Source: Anaeramoeba ignava BMAN
Taxonomy: Eukaryota; Protista; Anaeramoebae
DNA: 64,000 nt
Assembly: GCA_028826165.1 (NCBI GenBank)
Contig: JAPDFW010000063.1
Coordinates: 496,001 to 560,000 of the forward strand
Direction of reading: 5' to 3'
Shown: in pieces, positions 12,119-26,500 of the stretch
Position numbering within the stretch: the stretch's first letter is position 1
How the letters are laid out: each line of letters begins with the position of its first letter
The notes under the pieces: model-generated
Database searches by the model: none
Told to the model about the DNA's origin: nothing
The model's input: only the letters and a program-made list of their open reading frames with translations
Translations under genes and position numbers: made by a program

Positions 12119-12468
12119 TTAATTTTGATTTTGATTTTGATTTTGATTATTAAATTTCTTAATTAATAAATCAAATAAATTTGGATTTGTTTGATTTAAT
12201 TGAAAATAATCAATTCCTTTTTTAATTTCATTAATAATTTCTTGTGTAATTTCAATTTCATCTTTAATTTGATTTGAATAAATCCAATATTCAAATATTT
12301 GGAATGATTTATTACTTAATTCACTATAATCTGTAACTTTATTGGATTTATCCTCAGTTACAGATAAAAACATTCCTCGATATAATTCACTTCTCATTAT
12401 TAATATTAATTTTGGAAATTTATATTGTTTTTCATTTTTTTCAATTATAAAATCTTTTTCATTTTCAT
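12119..12468 (-). pseudogene. 5'-truncated RCC1-BTB copy 4 (second BTB domain only)
   Basis: Homology to the other copies stops at the NENEKDF codons (~12468), next to the BTB-TLDc promoter. Confidence 0.85.
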
Positions 12469-12503
12469 TTTTTTCATTTTTTTCTTTTCATTTTTAAATT
12501 AAA

Positions 12504-13943
12504 ATGGAAAATTATTCAAATTTAGAAAAACTTTCAAATGATTTAAAAAATTTATTTCAAAATCAAAATCAAAATGAAAACCAAAATGAAACTTATTTTG
12601 ATTTTGAAATAATTTGCGAACAAAATCAAATTTCATTTAAAACTCATAAATCAATTCTTTCATCAAGAAGTCAATATTTTAAATCTCTTTTTAAATCAAA
12701 AATGAAGGAGTATCAAGAAAATAAATTAATTCTTCAAGATGTTTCAAGTTCAATTCTATTTCCAATTTTGAGTTATTTTTATTCAGGAAAAATTGAAATT
12801 AATTTAGAAAATGCAATCGAAATTTTAATTTTTTCATCAAAATATTTAATTGATGAATTAATTGAATTTTCTTCAAATTTTATCAAAAACAATTTACAAA
12901 TTGAAACTATTGTTGATGTTCTTAAATTATCTGAATCAATGAACTTCAATCAATTATTAGATTCTTCTTATCAATTTATTTTTGAAAATTTTGATAAATT
13001 TATTAAAACTCCATTTTTCCTTGAACTTGAAGAAAATCATTTAAATTCAATTTTATTAAATGATAAACTTTTCACAAAAGAATTTGAAATTTTCCAAACA
13101 ATAATAAAATGGGGGAAACATAAATCAAATATTAATCAAAAAGAAGAACTTGAAAAAGAAGAAAAAGAAAAATTACAAAATCAAATTTCAAATCTTATTA
13201 ATAAAATCAGATTTATTGATTTTCCAAAAGAAGAACTTGAAGATATTTTGAAAGAAAATTTAATTCCAAAACAAATTTCAGAAAAAATAATTGAATTCCA
13301 AAAACTTCAAGAAAATATAAATGAAAGAGAATTAAATCAATTTATTGAAAAAGAAAATCAAAATTCTTTCATTTTCAAATCAAGATTTTTTTTTAAATCA
13401 AAAATTATTCAAGAAAAAGAACATTTCAAGAAATTAAAAGAATGGATAAATGATGATGAATTCTTTTCTAAAATGAAATTAGGATATTCAGCAAAAAAAG
13501 ATGGGTTTAGTTGTAACACATGGCATGAAAAAGTGCGAGATAAAGGAAAAACATTAATTATTATCAAAACAACTCAAAATTATATTTTTGGAGGATTTAC
13601 TTCAATTGGATTTCAAGAACAAAATCTTAACGCAAAAACACCAGATCCAAAAGCATTTATTTTTAGCTTAAGAAATAATAAGAATGATAGAAAACCAGAG
13701 AAATTTTCAATTAAACATGAACATGAAGAAAATGCAATTTGGAATTTCCCAAGAGAAGGTCCACATTTTGGGAGTGGAGCTGATTTTTGGTTAAATTCTC
13801 AATTACAACCTGGTGGTTCATATTTTGGTTATACTTATAATTCACCTCCAGGAATTAAATGGAATACAGAAGAATCTAACAGTTATTTAGCTGGTTCTTT
13901 TAATAACTGGGTTGTTGATGAACTTGAAACTTATTTCATTTAA
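12504..13943 (+). CDS. BTB-BACK-TLDc domain protein, copy 1
   Basis: BTB (FKTHKSILSSRSQYFKSLF), BACK (EFEIFQTIIKW, IRF), TLDc (YSAKKDGF, KGKTLIIIKT, IFGGFTS, AFIFSL, GPHFG, ELETY). Confidence 0.9.
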   Translation: MENYSNLEKLSNDLKNLFQNQNQNENQNETYFDFEIICEQNQISFKTHKSILSSRSQYFKSLFKSKMKEYQENKLILQDVSSSILFPILSYFYSGKIEINLENAIEILIFSSKYLIDELIEFSSNFIKNNLQIETIVDVLKLSESMNFNQLLDSSYQFIFENFDKFIKTPFFLELEENHLNSILLNDKLFTKEFEIFQTIIKWGKHKSNINQKEELEKEEKEKLQNQISNLINKIRFIDFPKEELEDILKENLIPKQISEKIIEFQKLQENINERELNQFIEKENQNSFIFKSRFFFKSKIIQEKEHFKKLKEWINDDEFFSKMKLGYSAKKDGFSCNTWHEKVRDKGKTLIIIKTTQNYIFGGFTSIGFQEQNLNAKTPDPKAFIFSLRNNKNDRKPEKFSIKHEHEENAIWNFPREGPHFGSGADFWLNSQLQPGGSYFGYTYNSPPGIKWNTEESNSYLAGSFNNWVVDELETYFI

Positions 13944-14000
13944 AAATTTTTTTTTCATTTTTTTTCATTTTCATTTTTTTCTTTTCATTTTTAAATTAAA

Positions 14001-15442
14001 ATGGAAAATTATTCAAATTTAGAAAAACTTTCAAATGATTTAAAAAATTTATTTCAAAACCAAAATCAAAATGAAAACCAAAATGAAGGTTATTTTGATT
14101 TTGAAATAATTTGTGAACAAAATCAAACTTCATTTAAAACTCATAAATCAATTCTTTCATCAAGAAGTCAATATTTTAAATCTCTTTTTAAATCAAAAAT
14201 GAAGGAATATCAAGAAAATAAATTAATTCTTCAAGATGTTTCAAGTTCAATTCTATTTCCAATTTTGAATTATCTTTTATTCAGGAAAAATTGAAATTAA
14301 TTTAGAAAATGCAATCGAAATTTTAATTTTTTCATCAAAATATTTAATTGATGAATTAATTGAATTTTCTTCAAATTTTATCAAAAACAATTTACAAATT
14401 GAAACTATTGTTGATGTTCTTAAATTATCTGAATCAATGAACTTCAATCAATTATTAGATTCTTCTTATCAATTTATTTTTGAAAATTTTGATAAATTTA
14501 TTAAAACTCCATTTTTCCTTGAACTTGAAGAAAATCATTTAAATTCAATTTTATTAAATAATGAAATTCCAATAAATGAATTTGAACTATTTGAAACAAT
14601 AATAAAATGGGGAAAGCATAAATCAAATATTAATCAAAGAAAAAGAACTTGAAAAAGAAGAAAAAGAAAAATTACAAAACCAAATTTCAAATCTTATTAA
14701 TAAAATCAGATTTATTGATTTTTCAAAAGAAGAAGTTAAAGATATTTTGAAAGAAAATTTAATTCCAAAACAAATTTCAGAAAAAATAATTGAATTCCAA
14801 AAACTTCAAAAAAATATAAATGAAAGAGAATTAAATCAATTTATTGAAAAAGAAAATCAAAATTCTTTCATTTTCAAATCAAGATTAAGATTCAATTCAG
14901 CAATAACTTCACATAAGAAGCATTTCATTGAATTAAAAGAATGGATAAATGATGATGAATTCTTTTCTAAAATGAAATTAGGATATTCAGCAAAAAAAGA
15001 TGGGTTTTCTTCCACAAAATGGCATTATGTTTGTGATGATAAAGGAAAAACATTAATTCTTATCAAAACAAAAGATAATTTTATTTTTGGAGGATTTACT
15101 TCAGTTGGATTTGTTTCTGGAGTTGATAATCGATATATTTATGATTCAGAAGCATTTATTTTTAGCTTAAGAAATAATAAAAATGATAGAAAACCAGAGA
15201 AATTCCCAATTAAACGTCAACAAGAAAAATTTGCAATTTATTATCATTCTTTTTGTGGTCCAACTTTTGGAGCAGGAAGTGATTTTCGGTTAATGTCTTA
15301 TTTTGAACCTGGTTATTCAAATTTTGGATGTAGTTACAAACTTCCTTATCTAATTCATTACCAAACAAAACAATCTAAAAGTTATTTAGCTGGTTCTTAT
15401 GATGAATGGGAAATTGATGAACTTGAAACTTATTTCATTTAA
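14001..15442 (+). CDS. BTB-BACK-TLDc copy 2 with two apparent +1 frameshifts (~14274, ~14640)
   Basis: Tandem paralogue of 12504-13943 split into three ORFs by single-base insertions. Confidence 0.75.
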
Positions 15443-15494
15443 AAAATTTTTTTTTCATTTTTTTTTTTCATTTTTTTCCTTTCACAAAATAAAA

Positions 15495-16030
15495 ATGTCT
15501 GAAATTGAAATTCCTAAAGAGTTTGAAGATAAAGTTTTTTTAACAAATTCAGAAGTTTTATTTATTTTAAAACATAAAAATGAAAGAATGATAAATGAAC
15601 AAAATGAAACACAAACTGCAAAAGAGTAAAAAAAAATATATCATTTTAATTTAATTTAATATTAATATTAATAAAATAAAATCAAATAATAAAATCAAAG
15701 AGGACAAATTAAAACAATGGAATATTTAAAAGAATTTGATAATTTTCATACAAAAGAAGCTGTAACTGGATTTAGAAAGTATTTTTTAATTTAATTTTTT
15801 TTCTTTTTCGAAAATTAAATTTTATTTTTATTTTGATAAAAAATAGTACTGGATTAGATTTGGAACCTTATGAATTAGTTTATTTAGCAAATTTAGCTCC
15901 AGAAACTTATGATGAAGCAATTAGTTTAATTCCTAGTTTAAAAAATTATGATGATGAAAAAATTACTTCAATTTTAGATAGTTTATCAAAATATATGAAT
16001 AAAAATCAAGATGAATATTTAGATAATTGA
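15495..16030 (+). CDS. RPB4: RNA polymerase II subunit RPB4
   Basis: Exons 15495-15625, 15701-15778, 15847-16030; motifs FLTNSEV, KTMEYLKEF, YELVYLANLAPETYDEAISLIPSL. Confidence 0.9.
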
Positions 16031-16253
16031 AAAGAGTTTATATTTTTTTTTTAAAAAGAAAAACTTTTTTTCAATTTCATTTTTTTTCATTTTTTTTCTT
16101 TGTTTCTTTTTCTTTTTTTTTTTATTAAACAAAATTTTCCAACAACAAAACACTTTTACAAAAAAAATTTTTTAAATAAAAAACCATTTACAAGAAATTT
16201 AGAAAACAAATCATTTTAACAAAAAAAATTTATTAAAAAAAAATTTTTAAATA

Positions 16254-19200
16254 ATGGATAATTCAAACAGAGTTATTGATTCATTAATTATTACTCAAAT
16301 AAATGATTCATTTCCAGAAGTTATTTATTCATATACAATTCAAGAATCAAAATTTACAAGAATAAAAGATCCAAATTCACCTTTTTTAATTTCAAAAATA
16401 ATTAACGAAATTGTTAAACTAAGTTTTCCTGATGTTTTTGATACTTCTTCAAATAAAGAAAATGCTGAAAATCAAGAAAAAAGTTTTGGTTCAAAATTTC
16501 TATTAAAGTATTATTATATTTATTTATATTTATTTATATTTATTTTTTATTCAAAAATTTTGTTTCTTTTTTTTTTTAAAAAAAATTTATTTGATTCTTC
16601 AATTTTTCAAGTCAACAATTTTTATCATTTCTTTTAGATCAAGAACAACATCAAATATTTGCATTTTTTAGAAGGTTAAATATAAAAGATAAGCCTAGTA
16701 CAATTTGTATTTTAAGTAGAAAGTAAATTTATATTTAAAATTTATATTTAAAATTTATATTTAAAATTTATAATTAAAATTATTTATTCATTTTATTAAC
16801 AAAATAAAGATCATGGTTTCAAGTTTTTTCAGAAGTTACAAACATTCTCATTGAATATATTGAAAACGAGAATGTAGTTATTGAAATTATTAATTGTATC
16901 AACAAACAAAATCTTCCCAAACCAGGAAATACTTTTTCTATTAAAATCATAAACGAAAATTTATCAATTCCAGAATATAAAATACTCAGACCTGAAGATG
17001 ATGATGCACTTCATTTTTTAACAAATTTTCAAGCTTTAATTAATTCACTAGAAATTAAAAAAATTTTGTTGGTTTTTTTTGCTTTATTATTTGAAAAGAA
17101 AGTTGTATTAGTTTCTTCAAATATTATCAAGTTGTCAAGTTCTTGTCATACTTTGATTTCAATATTAAATCCATTTTTTTGGCAATCTTTATTTATTCCA
17201 TTTCTTCCAAGTTGTTTATTTCATAAATTCCAAGAATGTGATTCAGCTATTGTTGGGATTCATTCAAAATTTACTCTTGATATCAAGAAAAAATTTAATT
17301 TTCCTTTCTTGCTTGTTGATTTGGATAAGAATAATTTGGAACATCTTAATAGATTTTTTAATGATAAGGAATGTTTTCCGTTGGAAGATTTGAAAATTTT
17401 ATCAAAAAATTTGGAAAAAATACTTGCAAATCAACATAAGAGTAAACAAAATTTATTCATATTAATTTAAATTAAAATTAAAATTTAATTCGAAATTCAA
17501 ATTTAAAATTAAAATTAAAATTAAAATTAAAATTAAAAATCAAAAATCAAAAATCAAAATTAAAATTAAAATTAAAATTAAAATTAAAATTAAAATCAAA
17601 ATTAAAATTAAAATTAAAATTAAAATCAAAATTAAAATTAAAATTAAAATTAAAATCAAAATTAAAATTAAAATTAAAATCAAAATTAAAATTTAAAATT
17701 AAAATTAAAATTTAAATTAAAATTTAAAATTAAAATTAAAATTAAAATTTAAAATTAAAATCAAAATTAAAATCAAAATTAAAATTAAAATTAAAATTAA
17801 TATTAAAATCAAAATTAAAATCAAATTTCAAAAGAGGAATTCTTTCCAGAATTTGCTTGTGGAAATGCTTTTTCAGATTTTTTTGTTCAAATTTTTGGAA
17901 ATTACCTTCATTTTATTAACAAAGATGAAGCTAATAGCTCAATTATTGATATTCATAAATTCTTTGATTCATTATCAGAATCAAGAAAAAAAGTATTTAT
18001 ATTTTACATCTTCAAAATCAAAAGAAAAATCAAGACTTTTTTTTAACATTTCCTTTTATTTATAGTTTGTTTCAAAATTATTCCAATTAAGAATGATTCA
18101 TAAATTTTTTGAAAATCATATTTCTAAAGTTTTAGAATATTCAGATAAAGTTGGTACTTTTGAAAGAAAATTTAGAGAAAAACAATTTGCAGAAAAATTT
18201 GAATCAGAAAATCAAGAAAAATCTCAAAACAAAAAAAAATGGAAAAGAAAATTAAAAATTGGTAGAAATCGATCTCAGAAAAAAATTGAAAAAATTAAAT
18301 CTCAAGAATATCAAACAAATAATGATAATCAAAATAAAAGATTTTCAGTTCCAATTGATGATCAACAAATCAAAAACTCAGTTCAAAAAACTGATGAAAA
18401 GGAAAATGAATCAAAATTAGAATCAAAATTAGAATCAAAAATAGAATCAAAATTAGAATCAAAATTAGAATCAAAAATCAAAATCAAAATCAAAATCAAA
18501 ATCAAAATCAAAACAAAATAAGAAATTAAATCAAAATTCAAGTGGATTTAGTGGAGCTCTTAAAAAATTCCGATTTAAAACATGGAAAAACAAAAAACCT
18601 TCAAAAGATTTACCAGATATTTTAACTTCTAAACAAATTCTTGAAAAATCAATTACAAAAAATAATGTGAATGAAAAACAAGAAAAAAAACCTAAAATTA
18701 TTAAAAGAACAAGAAGACCTATTCCAGTTCCTAATCAAACTTTAACAAGAAATTCTCCTATTAAGAAGGAATTTTTAAACAAAAGAAACTTGGAAAATTT
18801 AAATGATTCAATTATTGATGTATTCAAGTTTAAAATTAAAATTAAATTTAAATTCAAATTTAAAATTTAAATTCAAATTTTAAAAAAAAAAAGGAAATGA
18901 AATTAATTGTTGATCTTCGTGATTATCCTGCTTTTCAATTCAATATTAATTTTAATGAAATTCATAATCTTCTTGATCCAAAAAATACATCAATTAGAAA
19001 ATTCTTCAAATCCTTGTAAATTAAATTAAATTTTATTTTTAATTTTTAATTATAATTTTAATTTTATTTTTAAATTTATTAGTATTTCCAAAAGAATATT
19101 TCATCAAAATTAATCAAAATCAAGAAAATATTAAAATTCAAGATGATTTAATTAATCAAGAAGAGAAGAGTTTGAATGATTCAATTACTTTTTCAGAAGA

Positions 19201-20323
19201 TTTAGAAAATGATTCTACAAATCAATCAAATCAAGATCTAATTTCTTCTGAAATTGAAAATGAAAATGAAATTAAAAATGAAAATCAAAATGAAAATCAA
19301 AATGAAAATGAAAATCAAATTGAAAATGAAAATCAAATTGAAAATCAAAATGAAAATCAAATTGAAAATGAAAACCAAAATCAAAATGAAAATGAAATTA
19401 AAAATAAAAATGAAAATGAAAATGAAAATGAAAATCAAATTGAAAATCAAAATGAAAATGAAAACCAAAATGAAAATGAAAATCAAATTGAAAATGAAAA
19501 TCAAATTGAAAATGAAAACCAAAATCAAAATGAAAATGAAATTAAAAATAAAAATGAAAATGAAAATGAAAATGAAAATGAAAATGAAAATCAAATTGAA
19601 AATGAAAATCAAATTGAAAATGAAATTCAAAATCAAAATCAAAATCAAATTCAAAATCAAAATCAAAATCAAAATCAAAATCAAAATCAAAATCAAAATA
19701 TAAATCAAAATGAAATTGAAAATAAAAATAAAGATGAAAATCATTCACATTCACATTCATATAAACATAAACATAGGCATAAACACAAACACAAACACAA
19801 ACACAAAAACAAAAACAAAAATCTAAATACATATTCACCTAAAATAAAGAAACCAGATTCAAATGATGGAATTCATTATTCAAAAAATCATCACAAAAAA
19901 AAGAAAAAAACAAAAGAAATTGATTCAAATTCAAAAAATCAATCGAAAAAATTAGATTTAGATTTAGATTTAAATTTAGATTTAAAATCAATTCCATTTT
20001 CTTTTGATTCTAATAAAACAAATGAATCTCAAAAAACATCAACTCAAAATTCAAATAATTTAAATCAAAACAATAAAAAATCACAACTTTCAGATATTGA
20101 TGAATTATTATTACTTGATTTAAATACAACTTCTTTTAATACAATAATTGAACCATCAAAAGAATTATTTATAAATCAAAATTCAAATCAAAATTTACAA
20201 GTTATTCCCGAATCAGAAGATTTATTATTAGATTTTAATGAACAAACAATTCAAACAAATTTTCCTTTTTCTAAAACAGAAAACAATTCTCAATCAAAAC
20301 TAAAAAATTCTTTTTTAGATTAA
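16254..20323 (+). CDS. DENN-domain Rab GEF (uDENN-cDENN-dDENN) with a long low-complexity EN/NQ/HK tail; multi-exon
   Basis: PEVIYSY..LSFPD; spliced CILSRKSWFQVF; ALLFEKKVVLVSSN..LNPFFWQSLFIPFLP; LVDLD; AFSDFFVQIFGNY. Exon boundaries only partly resolved; apparent frameshift in the ~18480 microsatellite. Confidence 0.8.
17460..17830 (+). repeat. Intronic (AAAATT/AAAATC)n microsatellite
   Basis: Fills a DENN intron. Confidence 0.9.
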
Positions 20324-20551
20324 GATTTTGAGTAAAATTATAATTATAAAAAATAAACAAATCTAAAATTATTATTTTTATTTTTTGCTTTTTTTTTTAT
20401 TTTTGTTTGAAAAGAAAAAAAATGAAAAGAAATGAAAAAGAAATGAAAGAAATTAAATTTTTGATCATTTCATGTTGATGAAATTTTTTTGTTCCGTTTT
20501 GGATCAAGTTTTTTTGTGATCAAAAATCAAAAAAAAAAAGAATTCTTTTTT

Positions 20552-23500
20552 TCATTTCTTTTTTTTTGCTTTCAGAATTTTGTCAATTTCTTCAATTTTA
20601 TTTATCATTTTTTGATATTTTTCATGTTTGGAAAAATTCTTCTTTAGTTTCTTAAGATGATTGCCAATACTTGAGGATATGAATTTCCTTTTAATTTCTA
20701 TCATTTTTAAATTTAGATTTAAATTTAAATTTAGATTTAGATTTTTTTTCATTTTTAAAAAACTTACGTTCATTATCTCGACAAAGTATAAGAATCACTT
20801 CACATACAAGCATTTGAATTTCAAAATCATCAAAAAATTGTTTCATTAATTGAGTTATATCTTTAATATTATCGCCTTTTTCCATTGCTTGTTTATTATC
20901 TTTTAATTTTATTTTTGAAGAAAAAAAAATTTTAATCAAAAATAATCAATAATTTTTCTTATTCCACTTTTTTTTTTTCAAATTTTTACCCTTCGTTTGA
21001 AAAAGATCTCCTAATAGTTTCCATCCATTTTTATAAAGATTTGGATTAAGATATTTTTCCATTGAATCTAATGTGATTTTTATTCCTCCACATTTTCCAA
21101 TTTCCCTTTTATTTTCTTTTGTGAAAAAAAAATATTTGAATTAAAATCAAAATTTAACTTTTTTTTTATCTTTCATTAAATTGTTTTTAATTTATACCAT
21201 TATCACGACTCATGTTACTCAAAACTAAAAATCCATTTTCTTGAATTGTTTCCTTTTCTCCAAAATTTTTCATTGTTTGGATAATGATACTAAATGCTCC
21301 TTCCAAATTTTTGATTAAATTTTGATTGTCTTTATTGACTTTGTATTTTTATTAAAAAATTCAATTCAATTCAATTCAATTCAATTCAATTTTTTTTTCT
21401 TTTTTTGATTTACCTTCAGGATTAAAAGAAATATTTGCCAAAGTTAATAATCCATTTTCTTGAATTTTTTCATTCTTTCCAAATTTATTCATTGTTTTGA
21501 TAATTCTTTCAATTCCTCTTTGTTTTCCAATTTCCTTTTGATTTTCTTTTTTTTTGATTTTGTATTTTATTTAAAATTTGTTTTGGTTTCATTTTTTTTA
21601 TATAAAATCTTTTTTTTTACCTTCATTTCCAAATGAAATGTTTGCTAAAACATTTAATCCATTTAATTGAATATTTTTCTTTTTTTCAAAATTATTCATT
21701 GTTATGATAATAGTTCCAATTCCTTTCAAAATTTGAATTTGAATTTGATTTTCATTTTGAATTTGATTTTTGAATTTGATTTTGATTTTGATTTTGATTT
21801 TGATTTTGATTTTGATTTTGATTTTGATTTTCATAATTTGTAGTTAAATTAACTAAAATATCTAATGCTTTTTCTTGAATATTCTCTTTTTTTTTGATTT
21901 GAACTTTTTCCATTGTTTCAACTTTTTCCATTGTGTCAAAAATTATTTCAATTCCCTTTTTTGATTTAATTTCATTTATAATTTCATATTTGCTTCTGTT
22001 TTGATTAACTTTTTGATTTTTAATTGTATTTTAATTTAATTTAATTTAATTTAATTTAATTTGATTTAATTTGATTTAATTTGATTTAATTTGATTTAAT
22101 TTAATTTAATTTAATTTAATTTAATTTGATTTAATTTGATTTGATTTAATTTGATTTGATTTAATTTGATTTAATTTGATTTAATTTGATTTAATTTGAT
22201 TTAATTTGATTTAATTTAATTTTTTACTTTGATTTTTTAAAATATTTTGTAAACTTGATAACGCTCTTTCATGAAAAAAGGTATTATTCTTCATAATTTC
22301 CATTACTTTGAGTTTTGTTTCAATTTCTGTGAATTTAATAATTTCATTTTCATTTGCTTTTGTTTTTTTATTTTGGAATAATTTTAAATTAAATACAAAA
22401 AAAATATAATAATTTTCTTTTTAATTTACTGTTTTTATCTGCTAAAACAAGAAATAATTTCCATCCACACATTTGGATTATTTCGTTTTTATCAAATTTA
22501 TCCATTGGTTTTGTAATTATTTCTAATTTATATGATTTTTCGATTTTCTCTTTAATTTGCTTTTTAATTTCTTTTTTTTTTTCAATAAATTAATTCAAAA
22601 TTAATTTGGAATTTTAATTTGGAATTTTAATTTAATTAAATTACTTTTATTCCTAAGAGAAAGATTGAATAATAAATTCAATCCTTTTTCTTGAATTTTT
22701 TCATTTTCTTTAAATTCATTGATTGATTTCATAATAGTTTCAATTCCATTCAAATTTCTAATTTCAATTTTATTTTGATTTTGATTTTGATTTTGATTTT
22801 CATAATTTGTAGTTAAATTAACTAAAATATCTAATGCTTTTTCTTGAATATTCTCTTTTTTTTTGATTTGAACTTTTTTCATTGTTTCAACTTTTTCCAT
22901 TGTGTCAAAAATTATTTCAATTCCCTTTTTTGATTTAATTTCATTTATAATTTCATATTTGCTTCTGTTTTGATTAACTTTTTGATTTTTAATTGTATTT
23001 TGATTTAATTTGATTTAATTTAATTTAATTTAATTTAATTTAATTTGATTTAATTTTAATTTGATTTAATTTTAATTTGATTTAATTTTAATTTGATTTA
23101 ATTTGATTTAATTTGATTTAATTTGATTTAATTTGATTTAATTTGATTTAATTTTAATTTGATTTAATTTGATTTAATTTGATTTAATTTGATTTAATTT
23201 AATTTGATTTAATTTGATTTGATTTAATTTAATTTGATTTGATTTAATTTAATTTTTAATTTGATTTAATTTGATTTGATTTTTTACTTTGATTTTGTAA
23301 ACTTGATAACGCTCTTTCATGAAAAAAGGTATTATTCTTCATAATTTCCATTACTTTGAGTTTTGTTTCAATTTCTGTGAATTTAATAATTTCATTTTCA
23401 TTTGCTTTTTTTTCTTTATTTTGGAATAATTTTAAATTAAATACAAAAAAAATATAATAATTTTCTTTTTAATTTACTGTTTTTATCTGCTAAAACAAGA

Positions 23501-26500
23501 AATAATTTCCATCCACATATTTGGATTATTTCATTTTTATCAAATTTATCCATTGGTTTTGTAATTATTTCTAATTTATATGATTTTTCGATTTTCTCTT
23601 TAATTTGCTTTTTAATTTCTTTTTTTTTTTCAATAAATTAATTCAAAATTAATTTGGAATTTTAATTTAATTAAATTACCTTCATTCCTAAGAGAAAGAT
23701 TGAATAATAAATTCAATCCTTTTTCTTGAATTTTTTCATTTTCTGGAAATTCATTGATTGATTTCATAATAGTTTCAATTCCATTCTGTTTTATTTCATT
23801 TTGATTTTCTTTTTAAATTTGAATTATTTTATTTGAATAAATTTAATTTGAATTTTATTTTTAATTTATTTTTTTTACCTTCATTTTCAAAAGAAATTTT
23901 TGATAAAATCTTTAATCCATTTTTTTGAATATTTTCATTATTTGGAAAATTATTCATTGCATTGATAGTTGGTGTAATTTGATTTACTTTTCGTTTCTCA
24001 ATTTCAATTTCATTTTGATTTTCAATTTCAACTTGATTTTCATTTTCATTTTGAATTTGGTTTTGATTTTCATTTTTAATTTCATTTTCATTTTCATTTT
24101 CATTTTCATTTTCATTTTGATTTTGATTTTGATTTTCATTTTCATTTTCATTTTCATTTTCATTTTGATTTTTAATTTCATTTTCATTTTCATTTTGATT
24201 TTCATTTTCATTTTGATTTTTCATTTTCATTTTCATTTTGAATTTGATTTTGATTTTCATTTTCATTTTCATTTTCATTTTCATTTTCGAAAGAAATTTT
24301 TGATAAAATCTTTAATCCATTTTTTTGGATATTTTCTTTATTTGGAAAATTATTCATTGATTTAATAATAATTTCAATTCCTTTTTGTTTTCTTATTTCA
24401 TTTTGATTTTCTTTTTTGAATAAAAGATTTGATAAAATATTTAATCCATTTTCTTGAATATTTTCATTCTCTTCAAATTCATTGATTGATTTAATAATTG
24501 TTTCAATTTCTTTCAAATTTCTTATTTCATTTTGATTTTCTTTTTGCACTTTATTCATTTTATTTTATTGAAAAATTTTGAATAAATTTAATTTGAATTT
24601 TAATTTGAATTTTTATTTATTTTTTTTACCTTCATTTTCAAAAGAAATTTTTGATAAAATCTTTAATCCATTTAATTGAATATTTTCTTTATTTAGAAAT
24701 TTATTCATTGGTTTGAGAATGATTTCAATTATATCTTTTGATATGATTCCATTTTGATTTTCTTTTTTTTTTTTATTTTGATTAATTGTATTTAAAATTA
24801 AATTCAGAAAATTGATTTTGATTTTGATTTCGTTTTTTTTTACCTTCATTTTCAAATGAAATGGTTGCTAAACTTAATAATCCATTTGATTGAATATGTC
24901 CATTATTTGGAAATTTATTCATTGATTTAATAATAATTTCAATTCCTTTCAAATTTTTGATTTCATTTTGATTTTCTTTTTTTTTTTTGATTTAATTTAT
25001 AAAATTGATTTTGATTTTGATTTTGATTTCGTTTTTTTTTACCTTCATTTTCAAATGAAATGTTTGCTAAACTTAATAATCCATTTGATTGAATATTTTC
25101 ATTGTTTGGGAAGTTATTCATTGATTTAATAATTGTTTCAATTCCTTTCAAATTTCTAATTTCATTTTGATTTTCTTTTTGCACTTTATTCATTTTATTT
25201 TATTGAAAAATTTTGGATAAATTTAATTTGAATTTTAATTTTGAATTTTTATTTATTTTTTTTACCTTCATTTTCAAAAGAAATTTTTGATAAAATCTTT
25301 AATCCATTTAATTGAATATTTTCTTTATTTAGAAATTTATTCATTGGTTTGAGAATGATTTCAATTATATCTTTTGATATGATTCCATTTTGATTTTCTT
25401 TTTTTTTTTTATTTTGATTTTTATTTAAAACTAAATTCAGAAAATTGATTTTGATTTTGATTTTGATTTCATTTTTTTTTTACCTTCATTTTCAAATGAA
25501 ATGTTTGCTAAACTTAATAATCCATTTTTTTGAATATTTTCATTATTTGGAAAGTTATTCATTGATTTAATAATAACTTCAATTCCTTTCAAATTTCTGA
25601 TTTCATTTTGATTTTTTTTTTTTTTTTTGATTTAATTTATAAAATTGGTTTGGTTTTGATTTTGATTTCATTTTTTTTACCTTCATTTTCAAATGAAATG
25701 TTTGCTAAACTTAATAATCCATTTGATTGAATATTTTCATTATTTGGAAAGTTATTCATTGCTTTAATAATAGTTTCAATTCCTTTCAAATTTCTAATTT
25801 TATTTTGATTTTCTATTTTTATTTTTTGATTTAATTTATAAAATTGATTTTGATTTTGATTTCATTTATTTTACCTTCATTTTCAAATGAAATATTTGCT
25901 AAACTTAATAATCCATTTGATTGAATATTTTCATTATTTGGAAAGTTATTCATTGCTTTAATAATAGTTTCAATTCCTTTCAAATTTCTAATTTCATTTT
26001 GATTTTCTTTTTTTTTTTTTTTGATTTAATTTATAAAATTGATTTGGTTTTGATTTTGATTTCATTTTTTTTACCTTCATTTTCAAATGAAATGCATGCT
26101 AAACTTAATAATCCATTTTTTTGGATATTTTCATTATTTGGAAAGTTATTCATTGCTTTAATAATAATTTCAATTCCTTTCAAATTCCTGAATTTATTTT
26201 GGTTTTCTTTTTTTTGATTTTAAAATTAATTTCAGAAAATTTATTTGGATTTGATTTGATTATTTTGTAAAATCTTTATTTTTTTTACCTTCATTTTTAA
26301 ATGAAATGAATGCTAAACTAAATAAACCATTTTCTTGGATATTTTCATTATTTGGAAAGTTATTCATTGCTTTAATAATAGTTTCAATTCCTTTCAAATT
26401 CCTGATTTTATTTTGGTTTTCTTTTTTTTTGATTTTAAAATTAATTTCAGAAAATTTATTTGGATTTGATTTGATTATTTTGTAAAATCTTTATTTTTTT

